Below, in pieces: positions 51,110 through 63,700 of a DNA stretch of 64,000 bases. This stretch comes from Eledone cirrhosa (lineage: Eukaryota). Each line of letters begins with the position of its first letter. The stretch's first letter is position 1. The DNA lies in NCBI GenBank assembly GCA_964016885.1, contig OZ024755.1, forward strand, positions 35,464,001-35,528,000, read 5' to 3'. Made by a program: the position numbers and the translations under genes. The notes below the pieces were generated by a model. It made no database searches and was not told where the DNA came from. It worked only from the letters and a program-made list of their open reading frames with translations.

Positions 51110-51150
51110 CAATCAACATGTTTCTGGGTCATTACCCTTCCTCAGGACTG
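51110..51150 (-). ncRNA. Minimal hammerhead motif
   Basis: Minus strand CAGTC CTGAGGA A GGGT AATG ACCC A GAAA CATG TT GATTG: stem I CAGTC/GATTG, palindromic stem III CATG. Confidence 0.6.
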
Positions 51151-52157
51151 TATACCTCTGCCAGTCTGTTGAACGGTTGAAAATATATAGTATCAAAATC
51201 TCAAAGATTTGATATTATGTGAAGATAATAATATGAGATAAAGCATTTTCCGTGAGAATACAATAGTAAATATAGAGTAAAGTAAATGGTAAAGGCCAGA
51301 AGGGGTGTTAGGCCGGTGCAAGAAGTGACTGAGAGTACAAGACTCCCCCAGGACAGGATGCCAGTCCATTGCAGGGTTAAACCCCCAGCTATTGCTGGTA
51401 TTCATTTTCAGCTCGGTATACTGGAGCAACGTGAAATGAAGTGCTTTGCTCAAGAACACAACACACAACCCAGCCCAGGAATCAAACCCCCAGCATTATA
51501 ATCGTAAGTCCAACACCCTTACCACTAGGCCACATGCCTCCACTGAGATATTGGAACAACATGAAATGAAATGTTTTGTTCAAGAACACAACAGATAACC
51601 CAGCCCAGGAATCAAACCCACAACATTATAATCGTAAGTCCAATACCATTACCACTTGGCCACCCGCCTGTACTATGAACAGAATATGGGGAAATGTTGT
51701 CCAACACTCTACCAATACTGTCCTAATTAGAATTATCAATGGTATAAATAGGTTCACATTATCCTTGCAAAGAGTACAACCCCTTCCCCCACCCCGAAAC
51801 AACAACAACAACAACCCCAATTCACCTGTTTACAAAGAGGAAAAACAGCACTATCGATGATAGAAATGAAAAAGCAACTTAATTTATTAACACAAATAAT
51901 GATGATGATGAATGTAAATTTAAACTGCAGAAGTAGTTAATTTTATTTAAACAGAATAAAGATTTTTTAACTATGTCAGACAAGGGATGGGATAAGTAAA
52001 AAAATTCTAAGGACACAAAAGAGACAAATTTATCCCTTTTGATACGAAAGCACCTGAAACTACCTTTCATTCCATTTTATTTTAGTTATTTTAGAGTAAT
52101 CATATCTAAATTTAAACCTTGTCTCATAATATTGAATAAGTAAATTTTGTTACCAGT

Positions 52158-52601
52158 TTAACCCTTTAGCATTTACATTATTCTATACTTACTATTGTAT
52201 TTTCACAGTAAAGGCTTTATTTTACATAATTATCCATGTAATATCGAATCTATGAGATTTTGATGTCACTTATTTTGAGAACAATACCTTAATGTAGATA
52301 TCAGCAGCCAGTTACGGCTGGTTTGAACAGAAAGAGGTGAGAGAGTTCTGGCTGGATATGGCTGGTTTAAATGCTAAAAGGTTATACCGGTCATAACCGG
52401 CCAGAATTCTCTCACCTCTTTCTGTTCAAACCAGTCATAACCGGCCAGAATTCTCTCACCTCTTTCTATTCAAACCTACACTAAGGTATTGTTCTCAAAA
52501 CCTCATAGATTCGATATTACGTGAGATAACTATGTGAGGTAAAGTCATTACCGCGAAAATACAATAGTATATATAGAGTAATGTAAATGCTAAAAGGTTA
52601 A
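52158..52601. mobile_element. Two oppositely oriented piggyBac-like MITEs, adjacent
   Basis: TTAACCCTTTAGCATTTACA...AAATGCTAAAAGGTTA, then a reversed copy with an internal duplication ending AAATGCTAAAAGGTTAA. Confidence 0.8.
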
Positions 52602-52790
52602 GGCAAAGAGTTAGAGAAGTTGTTGCACAGAGGAACATATATAAATATAAAACTATAACCAGGGTTAATTAATTAGTTCAAAAATTAAATGAAATTAAAA
52701 AGTGCTTACTCAATTTCTTTTCCTTTTACTTTTACCCAAGTGAAACATCTTTTAAAAAACCTCATTTTCTTATATATATATATCTATCTT

Positions 52791-52838
<48 letters not shown>

Positions 52839-52848
<10 letters not shown>

Positions 52849-53112
52849 GGACGATTTGTTATGTCTTCATTACCTTAATTGAGTAGTGAAGCATGTTTCA
52901 CTATTGATCAGCTCAAGGTTCGATCTGTATCAATGTGGCCTGACTCTATAATCAAAAACTCGTTGGACCTCTCTTGGCAGAGGTCCAATGAGCTTTTGAT
53001 TCCAGAGTCAGGCCAGATCGATACAGATCGAACCTTCAGCTGATCAATAGTGAAACATGCTTCACTACTCAATAAATGTAATGAAGACATAACAAATCGT
53101 CCTTTTTATTAT
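52839..53112. repeat. Long imperfect palindrome, about 134-bp arms and a 6-nt loop
   Basis: ATAATAAAAAGGACGATTTG...GGACCTCT CTTGGC AGAGGTCC...CAAATCGTCCTTTTTATTAT. Confidence 0.92.
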
Positions 53113-53474
53113 ATATATATATATATATGACACATGCAATAGTCTGTGTTAATATAAAACAAAAGTGCACAACCATGAAGAGTTAGTTTATTACAGATAA
53201 AAGTATCGTGGCTCCAAATTTATAAGAATTATAAAAATCAAAGCTATCACAGCTGGAAAACTTTATATTACGCAAAAATAAAAAAAAAATGAGAAAATTA
53301 AAAAAAATAATTTTCAACATCCTTCTTTCTATTCTACATAAATCTATTTAGGGAAAACTTCGAAAAAAAAAAAAAAAAAAAAAACCAGCAAAAAAAGGAA
53401 AAGAATATTCTGATGCTCTGGGGTAGCATGATTTGTTAGGGTTTTCTTTACAATTGTTTGAAATAAAGGTTTAC

Positions 53475-53570
53475 CAAATTATTCCACAATTGGTTACTTC
53501 TGATGATCTCAGATGAAGAAGTTTTACAGATCCACCGATGATACAACCAAATTCTGCAAATTGTTTCTCA
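53475..53570 (-). CDS. Candidate internal coding exon (96 nt, phase 2-2) of an unidentified host gene
   Basis: Strong acceptor TTTTTACTTTTATTTTTCTGCTTTCTTTTAG, donor TG|GTAAAC, open frame EKQFAEFGCIIGGSVKLLHLRSSEVTNCGII, non-repetitive sequence. Confidence 0.5.
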
Positions 53571-53604
53571 CTAAAAGAAAGCAGAAAAATAAAAGTAAAA
53601 AAAG

Positions 53605-53618
53605 ACAACAACAACAAC

Positions 53619-53653
<35 letters not shown>

Positions 53654-54430
53654 CTTCTTTACTGGCCACAAGGGCTGACATCAAGAAAAACATTACAGAC
53701 GGCACAGGACGGTACAATGTGGGTTTTGTGCGTGTAAAGATTTTTATTATTTATGTAAGAAATGAAAAAGAAAAAAAAGACAGAAACATATATATATAAA
53801 CAATAAAAATGAAAAATTCCCCAATAGGGGGGGAAACCTCCGAGGGTTACTCGTGGCGAAAACCACACAAGAGACCACGGCCATCCTGACCACCAAGGCA
53901 AGCGCCCTCTCTCAATTTTTTCCCATTCCTCAAACTACAAGCTTATATTCAGAGCGGTCCCGTTCACTCGGACCATTCTCTCTACATTCACCCACCTTTC
54001 AACAAACTTGCTAGAAGACAGCACTTGCCTCTCCACCCTGATTTTCCTCTTTAAGTGAAACTTAAAAAAGTTAATCAGGGATTTGCCGAAGAGGAAAGTG
54101 TCTGTCTTTAACCCTTTCAACCTTGTCCACCACACAATCTCTTTCGCCATGGCCACCAGGCAGATGAAAACTGCCTGCCCTTCCTCCTCGAAGGAAGATG
54201 GCGAGAGCATCTGCACAATGGACTCAGTCGATAACCGGATCGGTCCTACACCCGACAGCAACTGTTCGACATAGCTCCACAAGTCAGCAATGCTCGGGCA
54301 CTGAATGAGTGCGTGCACGACGGTTTTGTCACTCTGCGCGCATCTCGGACAGGCTCGGCTGACGGCACTTCCGTGCCTGTAGAGCTTATCTCGAACTGGC
54401 AACGCTCCCCGGTAGCACTGCCAGGGATTT
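53605..54430 (-). mobile_element. Tx1/L1-clade LINE 3' fragment (ORF2 zf-RVT end, 3' UTR, (ATT)n tail)
   Basis: WQCYRGALPVRDKL...CPRC...TVVHALIQCP...LW..VE...FVERW; stop at 53935. Confidence 0.85.
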
Positions 54431-54935
54431 CTGGAAGTTATCCATAATATCATCATCATCATTTCAGTTTACGTCTGCTTTTTCCCTGCTTGTAAGGGTG
54501 GGGCGGGAACTGATGCTGGCTTGATTTCTACAGCTGGATGCCCTTCCTAACACCAACCTCATTTACAGTGAGTGCTGGGTGCTTTTTTGCTGTGGCACCT
54601 CCACGACCACTTTGCAGTGGAATGATAGGGACCCCAGTCCTATCAGCTGAGTAAACTGGAGCAATGTGAAATAAAGTGTCTTGCTCAAGGAAACAACACA
54701 TCACCCGGTCTGAGAATTGAACTCACAACCTTTTGATTGCAAGGCCAGTGCTTTAACCACTAAGCCATGTGCCTTCACAATATAATAATAATAATGGTTT
54801 CTTATATAGGCACAAGGCCAGTAATTTTGGGGGAGGGGCAAGTCGATTAAATTGACCCCAGTGCGTGACTGGTACTTTATTTTATCGACCCCGTAAGAAT
54901 GAAAGGCAAAGTTAACCTCGGCGGGATTTGAACTT

Positions 54936-56333
54936 AGAATGGAAAGGGCCGTAAATCTTTGCATCAAAGCATGGCGTCCGACCCTCTACCGATAATAATA
55001 ACAATGATAATACTGATGATAGCAACTAATCCTAAATCCTGTATTTTCTGGCACCCTAGTCACTAAGACCAGTAGTATCCAAGCAAGTAAAAGTCTCTTC
55101 GACCATTACCTTAACATCAACAGTGTGACAAAAGCTCAATTTCCTGTCTATTAGACTGGCAATTCTACAGAATGGAAAGGGCTGTAAATCTTTGCGTCAA
55201 AGCATGGCGTCCGACCCTCTACCGATAATAATAACAATGATAATACTGATGATAGCAACTAATCCTAAATCCTGTATTTTCTGGCACCCTAGTCACTAAG
55301 ACCAGTAGTATCCAAGCAAGTAAAAGTCTCTTCGACCATTACCTTAACATCAACAGTGTGACAAAAGCTCAATTTCCTGTCTATTAGACTGGCAATTCTA
55401 CAGAATGGAAAGGGCTGTAAATCTTTGCGTCAAAGCATGGCGTCCGACCCTCTACCGATAATAATAACAATGATAATACTGATGATAGCAACTAATCCTA
55501 AATCCTGTATTTTCTGGCACCCTAGTCACTAAGACCAGTAGTATCCAAGCAAGTAAAAGTCTCTTCGACCATTACCTTAACATCAACAGTGTGACAAAAG
55601 CTCAATTTCCTGTCTATTAGACTGGCAATTCTACAGAATGGAAAGGGCTGTAAATCTTTGCGTCAAAGCATGGCGTCCGACCCTCTACCGATAATAATAA
55701 CAATGATAATACTGATGATAGCAACTAATCCTAAATCCTGTATTTTCTGGCACCCTAGTCACTAAGACCAGTAGTATCCAAGCAAGTAAAAGTCTCTTCG
55801 ACCATTACCTTAACATCAACAGTGTGACAAAAGCTCAATTTCCTGTCTATTAGACTGGCAATTCTACAGAATGGAAAGGGCTGTAAATCTTTGCGTCAAA
55901 GCATGGCGTCCGACCCTCTACCGATAATAATAACAATGATAATACTGATGATAGCAACTAATCCTAAATCCTGTATTTTCTGGCACCCTAGTCACTAAGA
56001 CCAGTAGTATCCAAGCAAGTAAAAGTCTCTTCGACCATTACCTTAACATCAACAGTGTGACAAAAGTTCAATTTCCTGTCTATTAGACTGGCAATTCTAC
56101 AGAATGGAAAGGGCTGTAAATCTTTGCGTCAAAGCATGGCGTCCGACCCTCTACCGATAATAATAACAATGATAATACTGATGATAGCAACTAATCCTAA
56201 ATCCTGTATTTTCTGGCACCCTAGTCACTAAGACCAGTAGTATCCAAGCAAGTAAAAGTCTCTTCGACCATTACCTTAACATCAACAGTGTAACAAAAGC
56301 TCAATTTCCTGTCTATTAGACTGGCAATTCTAC
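54936..56333 (+). repeat. 233-bp tandem repeat, 6 near-identical copies
   Basis: Units start at 54936, 55169, 55402, 55635, 55868 and 56101. Each is the SINE A 5' part plus unique flank. Confidence 0.95.
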
Positions 56334-56699
56334 AGTGAGTCTACAACGGAAACTAATTCACTGATATTTCATCAATCTTCTTCAAAATATTTTTTTCAAT
56401 GAAATTTATTATAAGAAGAATTAAACAAACAACAACTACATGTTTAATATACAGGGTTGGTAGGTGCGGGTACCTCTTTCTAATATATATTAGCTGCGTT
56501 TTTTTTAAATTTTATTTAAAAAAAATCTGTTTTGCCACCACCACCACCACCACCACCACCACCACCACCATTACTCTACTTCTTCTTTTGTTTATTTTTA
56601 TTATATTTATTTATTCAATACAGAATAAATCAGATTTGAAATGGTAATAGTCATTTTTCATTCTATTGAAATATAAACAGGTCGCTTTGTTTATTTGCT

Positions 56700-56791
56700 A
56701 TTGTTGTTGTTGGTGGTGGTGGTGGTATTTGTGATGGTGGTGGTTTGTTGTTGTTGTTGATGGTGGTGGTGGTGGTGGTGGGGGTTGTGGT

Positions 56792-56825
<34 letters not shown>

Positions 56826-58900
56826 TGGTTTGTTGTTGTTGTTGTTGATGGTGGTGGTGGTGGTTTGTTGTTGTTGTTGATGGTGGTGGTGGTGGTTTGT
56901 TGTTGTTGTTGATGGTGGTGGTGATGGTGGTGGTGGTGGTTGTGGTTTGTTGTTGTTGTTGTTGATGGTGGTGGTGGTGGGGGTATTTGTGATGGTGGTG
57001 GTTCGTTGTTGTTATTGGTGGTAGTAGTGGTTTGTTGTTGTTGCTGATGGTGGTGGTGTTAGTGGTGGTGGTTGTGGTTTGTTGTTGTTGATGGTGGTGG
57101 TGGTGATTTGTTGTTGTTGATGGTGGTGGTTTGTTGGTGGTGGTGGTTGTGGTTTGTTGTTGTTGTTGGTGGTGGTGGTTTGTTGTTGTTGTTGTTGTCC
57201 AAGTGTCATGAGTGTGTGGCAGGGTATAAAATAAATTGTAACATAACAAATTATAGTAAAGAGTATCATTTGAAATTAGAATTTACATAATTTCTACTGA
57301 AACAACAACAGCAACCCATTAATGTGTTGTAGTAATCTACTAACGATGGAGATTGACGAGTGAGTCACACCATTTCAATTTGTTCAGTGTTGAAGTTGGT
57401 GGTGGTGTTGTTATTGTTGGTGGTGGTGGTGTTGGAGTTGATGGCGCTGTTGATGTGTTGGTGGTGGTGATGGTGGTGTTTTTGTTGGTGGTGGTGGTGT
57501 TGGAGTTGATGGCGCTGTTGATGTGTTGGTGGTGGTGATGGTGGTGTTATACATCAACAGCACCATCAACTCCAACACCACCACCACCAATACATCAACA
57601 GCACCATCAACTCCAACACCACCACCACCAACAATAACACCACCACCAACAACAACACCACCACCACCAACATATCAACACCGCCATCAACTCCAACACC
57701 ACCACCACCAATACATCAAGGTGGCGGCGGTGGTGTTGACGTGGTGGTGGTGGTGTGTTGATGTGGTGGTGGTGGTGTTGAGGTGGTGGTGTTGACGTGG
57801 TGGTGGTGGTGTTGACGTGGTGGTGGTGGTGGTGTTGTTGTTGTTGGTGGTGGAGTTGATGGCGGTGTTGATGTGTTGGTGGTGATGATGGTGGTGTTGT
57901 TGTTGGTGGTAGTGGTGTTATTGTTGTTGGTGGTGGTGGTGTTGGAGTTGATGGTGGTGTTGATGTGTTGGTGGTGGTGATGATGTGGTGGTGGTGGTGT
58001 TGATGGTGGTGGTGGTGTTGGTGGTGTTGATGGTGGTGGTGGTGGTGTTGGTGGTGATGATAGTGGTGGTGGTGGTGTTGGTGGCCGTGTTGATGTGTTG
58101 GTGGTGTGAAGGTGGTGTGGAGGTGGTGGTGGTGGAGTTGATGGTGGTGTTGATGTGTTGGTGGTGGTGGTGTTGGAGTTGGTGGTGGTGTTGATGGTGG
58201 TGGTGGTGTTGGAGTTGATGGTGGTTGTGGTGTTGGAGTTGATGGTGGTGTTGATGTGTTGGTGGTGGTGGAGTTGGTGGTGGTGGAGGTGTTGGTGGTG
58301 GTGTTGTTGATGTGTTGGTGGTGTGGTGGTAGTGGTGTTGATGTGTTGGTGGAGGTGGTGTTGAGGTGGTGTTGATATGGTGGTGGAGGTGGTGGTGGTG
58401 GTGTTGTTGATATAGTGGTGGTGTTGATGTGGTGCTGGTGGTGTTAATGTGTTGGTGGTGGAGGAGGCGGTGGTGGCAGTGGTGGTGTTGATGTGTTGGT
58501 GGTGGTGTTGAGGTGGTGGTGTTGACGTGGTGGTGGTGGTGTTGAGGTGGTGGTGGTGGTGTTGAGGTGGTGGTGGTGGTGTTGAGGTGGTGGTGGTGGT
58601 GTTGAGGTGGCGGCGGTGGTGTTGACGTGGTGGTGGTGGTGTGTTGATGTGGTGGTGGTGGTGTTGAGGTGGTGGTGTTGACGTGGTGGTGGTGGTGTTG
58701 ACGTGGTGGTGGTGGTGTTGAGGTGGTGGTGGTGGTGGTGTTGAGGTGGCGGCGGTGGTGTTGACGTGGTGGTGGTGGTGTTGAGGTGGTGGTGGTGGTG
58801 TTGACGTGGTGGTGGTGGTATTGAGGTGGTGGTGGTGTTGACGTGGTGGTGGTGGTGTTGAGGTGGTGGTGTTGACGTGGTGGTGGTGGTGGTGGTGTTG
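56700..58900. repeat. Cryptic (GGT)n/(GTT)n low-complexity arrays with a local inversion at 57550-57718
   Basis: Direct inspection. A similar array at 60928-61420 has 48-54-bp higher-order units. Confidence 0.9.
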
Positions 58901-59109
58901 TTCATGCGTTGGTGCCATAGTAGGATTTCTTAATTAGGTATAAAAAAAAATGTTTTGTGAAAAGATGACAGGAAATAACAATTTGGGAAATAAAAATCCA
59001 ATAAGAAACAGTTAAAACCATATAAAACCAGTTATCAATTCATGCCCTTGTGATCTTCAACATTAATGTCTCATATCTTTGGCCCCTATACATATTTCTA
59101 GTTGCTATT

Positions 59110-60748
59110 AATAAGGCTGTATCCGGCCAGAATTCTCTCACCTCTTTCTGTTCAAACCGGCCATAAATGGTCACTCATACTGATCTTAAGGTATTGTCCT
59201 CAAAATAAATAATATCAAAATCTCATAGGTTCGATATTATGTGAGGTAAAGCCTTTACTGTGAAAATACAATAGTATATATAGAGTAATGTAAATGTTAT
59301 GTGAGATATTATGTGAGGTAAAGCCTATACTGTGAAAATACAATAGTATATATAGAGTAATGTAAATGTTATGTAAGATATTATGTGAGGTAAAGCCTTT
59401 ACTGTTAAAATATAATAGTATATATAGAGTAATATAAATGTTATGTGAGATATTATGTGAGGTAAAGCCTTTACTGTGAAAATATAATAGTATATATAGA
59501 GTAATGTAAATGTTATGTGAGATATTATGTGAGGTAAAGACTTTACTGTGAAAATATAATAGTATATATAGAGTAATGTAAATGTTATGTGAGATATTAT
59601 GTGAGGTAAAGCCTTTACTGTGAAAATATAATAGTATATATAGAGTAATATAAATGTTATGTGAGATATTATGTGAGGTAAAGCCTTTACTGTGAAAATA
59701 CAATAGTATATATAGAGTAATGTAAATGTTATGCGAGATATTATGTGAGGTAAAGCCTATACTGTGAAAATACAATAGTATATATAGAGTAATATAAATG
59801 TTATGTGAGATATTATGTGAGGTAAAGCCTTTACTGTGAAAATACAATAGTATATATAGAGTAATGTAAATGTTATGTGAGATATTATGTGAGGTAAAGC
59901 CTTTACTGTGAAAATACAATAGTATATATAGAGTAATGTAAATGTTATGTGAGATATTATGTGAGGTAAAGCCTTTACTGTGAAAATACAATAGTATATA
60001 TAGAGTAATGTAAATGTTATGTGAGATATTATGTGAGGTAAAGCCTTTACTGTGAAAATACAATAGTATATATAGAGTAATATAAATGCTATGTGAGATA
60101 TTATGTGAGATAAAGCCTTTACTGTGAAAATACAATAGTATATATAGAGTAATGTGGCACCTACACGACCACTTTGCAGTGGAATGATAGGGACCCCAGT
60201 CTTATCATCTCATTTCTACAGCTGAGTAAACTGGAGCAATGTGAAATAAAGTGTCTTGCTCAAGGAAACAACACATCACCCGGTCTGAGAATTGAACTCA
60301 CAACATTTCGATTGCAAGCCCAATGCTCTAACCCCTAAGCCATGTGCCTATACAATAGTATATATAGATTTGATACATAGATTTGATATTATGTGAGGTA
60401 AAGCCTTTACCATGAAAATACAATAGTATATATAGAGTAATGTAAATGTTATGTGAGATATTATGTGAGGTAAAGCCTTTACTGTGAAAATACAATAGTA
60501 TATATAGAGTAATGTAAATGTTATGCGAGATATTATGTGAGGTAAAGCCTATACTGTGAAAATACAATAGTATATATAGAGTAATATAAATGTTATGTGA
60601 GATATTATGTGAGGTAAAGCCTTTACTGTGAAAATACAATAGTATATATAGAGTAATGTAAATGTTATGTGAGATATTATGTGAGGTAAAGCCTTTACAA
60701 TGAAAATACAATAGTAAATATAGAGTAATGTAAATGGTAAAGGGTTAA
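59110..60748. mobile_element. piggyBac-like MITE with a 72-bp internal tandem array (about 17 units), interrupted by a SINE B fragment
   Basis: Unit TTATGTGAGGTAAAGCCTTTACTGTGAAAATACAATAGTATATATAGAGTAATGTAAATGTTATGTGAGATA; right end AAAGGGTTAA at 60739-60748. Confidence 0.9.
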
Positions 60749-63700
60749 ATGAATGATGATGAGATAGTCATGAGTTGTGATGCTCATGCCTTTCCATAAA
60801 ATTGTTAGTTGTGGAGCTTCAAGACAAGGATCTACTAGCCTTGCTCATTTGGAATAAACCTCTTTGAAACTGCCTGGAATTGTCTCTGGTTCTATGAAAA
60901 TAAAACATTTGTTTATAAGTGTTCATATGTTGGTGGTGGTGGAGGTGGTTGTGGCGGTGGTAGTGTTGATGTGGTGGTGGTGGTGTTGATGTGTTGGTGG
61001 TGGCGGTGGTGTTGATGTGCTGGTAGTGGTGGTGTCGTGTTGATGTGTTGGTGGTGGCGGTGGTGTTGATGTGGTGGTAGTGGTGGTGTCGTGTTGATGT
61101 GTTGGTGGTGGCGGTGGTGTTGATGTGGTGGTGGTGGTGTCGTGTTGATGTGTTGGTGGTGGTGTTGATGTGGTAGTGGTGGTGGTGTCGTGTTGATGTG
61201 TTGGTGGTGGCGGTGGTGTTGATGTGGTGGTGGTGGTGGTGTCGTGTTGATGTGTTGGTGGTGGCGGTGGTGTTGATGTGGTGGTGGAGGTGGTGTCGTG
61301 TTGATGTGGTGGTGGTGGCGGTGGTGTTGATGTGTTGGTGGTGGTGTTGATGTGGTGGTGGTGGTGGTGTCGTGTTGGTGGTGGTGGTGGTGTTGATGTG
61401 GTGGTGGTGTCGTGTTGATGTTAAACCCTTTTGCATTTAAACCAGCCGTATCCAACCAGAATTCTCTCACCTCTTTCTGTCCAAACCAGCTGTAACTGGC
61501 CACTCATACTGATGTTATGGTATAATTCTCAAAATAAATAACATCAAATCTCATAGATTCGATATTATTTGAGATAATTATGTTAGATAAAGCCTTTACC
61601 ATTAAAATACAATAGTATCATATATATCATCATTTTACATCCACTTTTCCCTGCTTGCGAGGGTGGGACAGGAACTGATTATGGCTTGATTTCTACAGCT
61701 GGAAGCCCTTCCTAACACCAACCTCATTTTACAGTGAGTGCTGGGTGCTTTTTTGCCGTGGCACCTCCACGACCACTTTACAGTGGAATGATAGGGACAC
61801 CAGTCCCTATCATCTCATTTCTACAGCTGAGTAAACTGGAGCAATGTGAAATAAAGTGTCTTGCTCAAGGAAACAACACATCACCCGGTCTGAGAATTGA
61901 ACTCACAACCTTTTGATTGCAAGGCCAATGGTCTAACCACTAAGCCAGTATATATAGAGTAATGTAAATGATACAGATTAAGTTAATTTCTAAAGACCAG
62001 CTGAGGATGTTGGCTATTGACATTCTGAAGTATTAAATACTAAATACTATATATCTTGTTTACAAAGGTAATTAAACAGTAATTCTACTAACATCATTAC
62101 CACAGTGATGCAGGCCCTGATGGAATGGGAGTTAGCTTTGCCTTTCATCCTTACGGGGTCTATAAAATAAAGTACCGGTAATGCACTGGGAGGCCATATA
62201 TTTGACTTTCCCCTTCTCCAAAATGTTTGGCCTTGTCTCTAAATCAGAAACCATGTGCAGTGTGTATATTGATATTATACGCAAGTATATACACATTTAG
62301 ATATGATACATCAAATAAAATCGTAATTGACAATATGCACACAAATTGAAGAGAGACTGTGTTACACTGTCTTCTGTAATCAGTAAAGTCATCCATGATA
62401 CATTTAAAAAAGATGATATTATATATAACTTCCATTACGGTGAAATGTAATGAAAACAAAAAAGGAGAAAATTAGTGACAGAAATATAAACATTATAAAA
62501 TGAATGGCGGTGGATTGGCAGTATCGGTAGAGGGTCGGACGCCATGCTTTGACGCATAGAGTTACGGACCTTGCCATTCTGAGTTCAAATCCCGCCGAGG
62601 TTAACTTTGCCTTTCATCCTTACGGGGTCGATAAAATAAAGTACCAGTAATACACTGGGATAATTGCTGGCCATGTGCCAAATGTAGAAACAATTATTTA
62701 TTCAAAGTAATCCAACTTATTTTACTAACGGGATAAAAAAATATATTCAGGACACAGTCCCACATTCCTCCCCGGTGAATTGGCAGTATCGGTAGAGGGT
62801 AGGATATGCTTTCCAGCATAGTTACGTCCCTTTACGATCTGAGTTCAATTCCCGCCGAGGTTTACTTTGCCTTTCATCCTTACGAGGTCGATAAAATAAA
62901 GTACCAGTAATGTACTGGGATAATTGCTGGCCTTGTGCCAAAAGTAGAAACAATTATTATGATCATAATCATTTCACATTTGTTTTTCCATGCTTGCATG
63001 GGTTGGACAGGTCCTACCCAGCACAGCCTCCCTCCACTTGTAAGATTCTTCTCTCATCTCCTCTCTGTGATTCAGTGTTTCGAGATCAGTTTTTTTGGCA
63101 ATACTAATTTGTAAGGGTACAAATAAAACCTACTGTAGTTGTTGTTGTTTAGCTCCAGGTCAGACCGGATAGAGCTGGCTGATGATCAAAATATTCCACT
63201 TATGTCAGTCTATGACTTGATGGTCATGGTTGGATGTAGCCCTGCATATCATAGGGGGCAAATTGGCAGAGTCGTTAGAATGTTGGATAGAATGCTTTAT
63301 AGTTCCAGCTCTTTACTCTGTGAGTTTAAATCCCGCTGAGGTCAACTTTGCCTTTCATCATTTCGAGGTTGATAACAAAGGTACCAGTCTAGTACTGGGG
63401 TGGATTCTTCCTCTATATCTCTCTCTCTCTCACTTTCTATCTTTCTCTGGAAGATATCTGCTGTACTCAGGCCTGAAGAGGGTTGGGCTCTGCCAGGCTT
63501 AAAACGTCCAAGAAACGTTGTATGTCAATACAGCGCCGCTACGACTCTATCAGGAGTTACGGGACCATACATACATATCATAGATCACATTATCCAATCT
63601 ATCATTTGTTATTTAAGATGGTAAAGTACAATGGATCACAACACAATACTAAGATCAATACACAAAATTACAAACAATACTAATGGCACAAAAAGCATAC

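Noticed and set aside
56200-56340. Exon in the last 233-bp unit (CCCTAG ... GTGAGT)
   Set aside because: Stop codons in all three frames.
56698-61503. His/Thr/Pro-rich ORFs up to 400 aa and the 306-aa repeat ORF at 59215-60135
   Set aside because: Products of (GGT)n low complexity and the 72-bp MITE array. They are open in several frames, with no splice or domain evidence.
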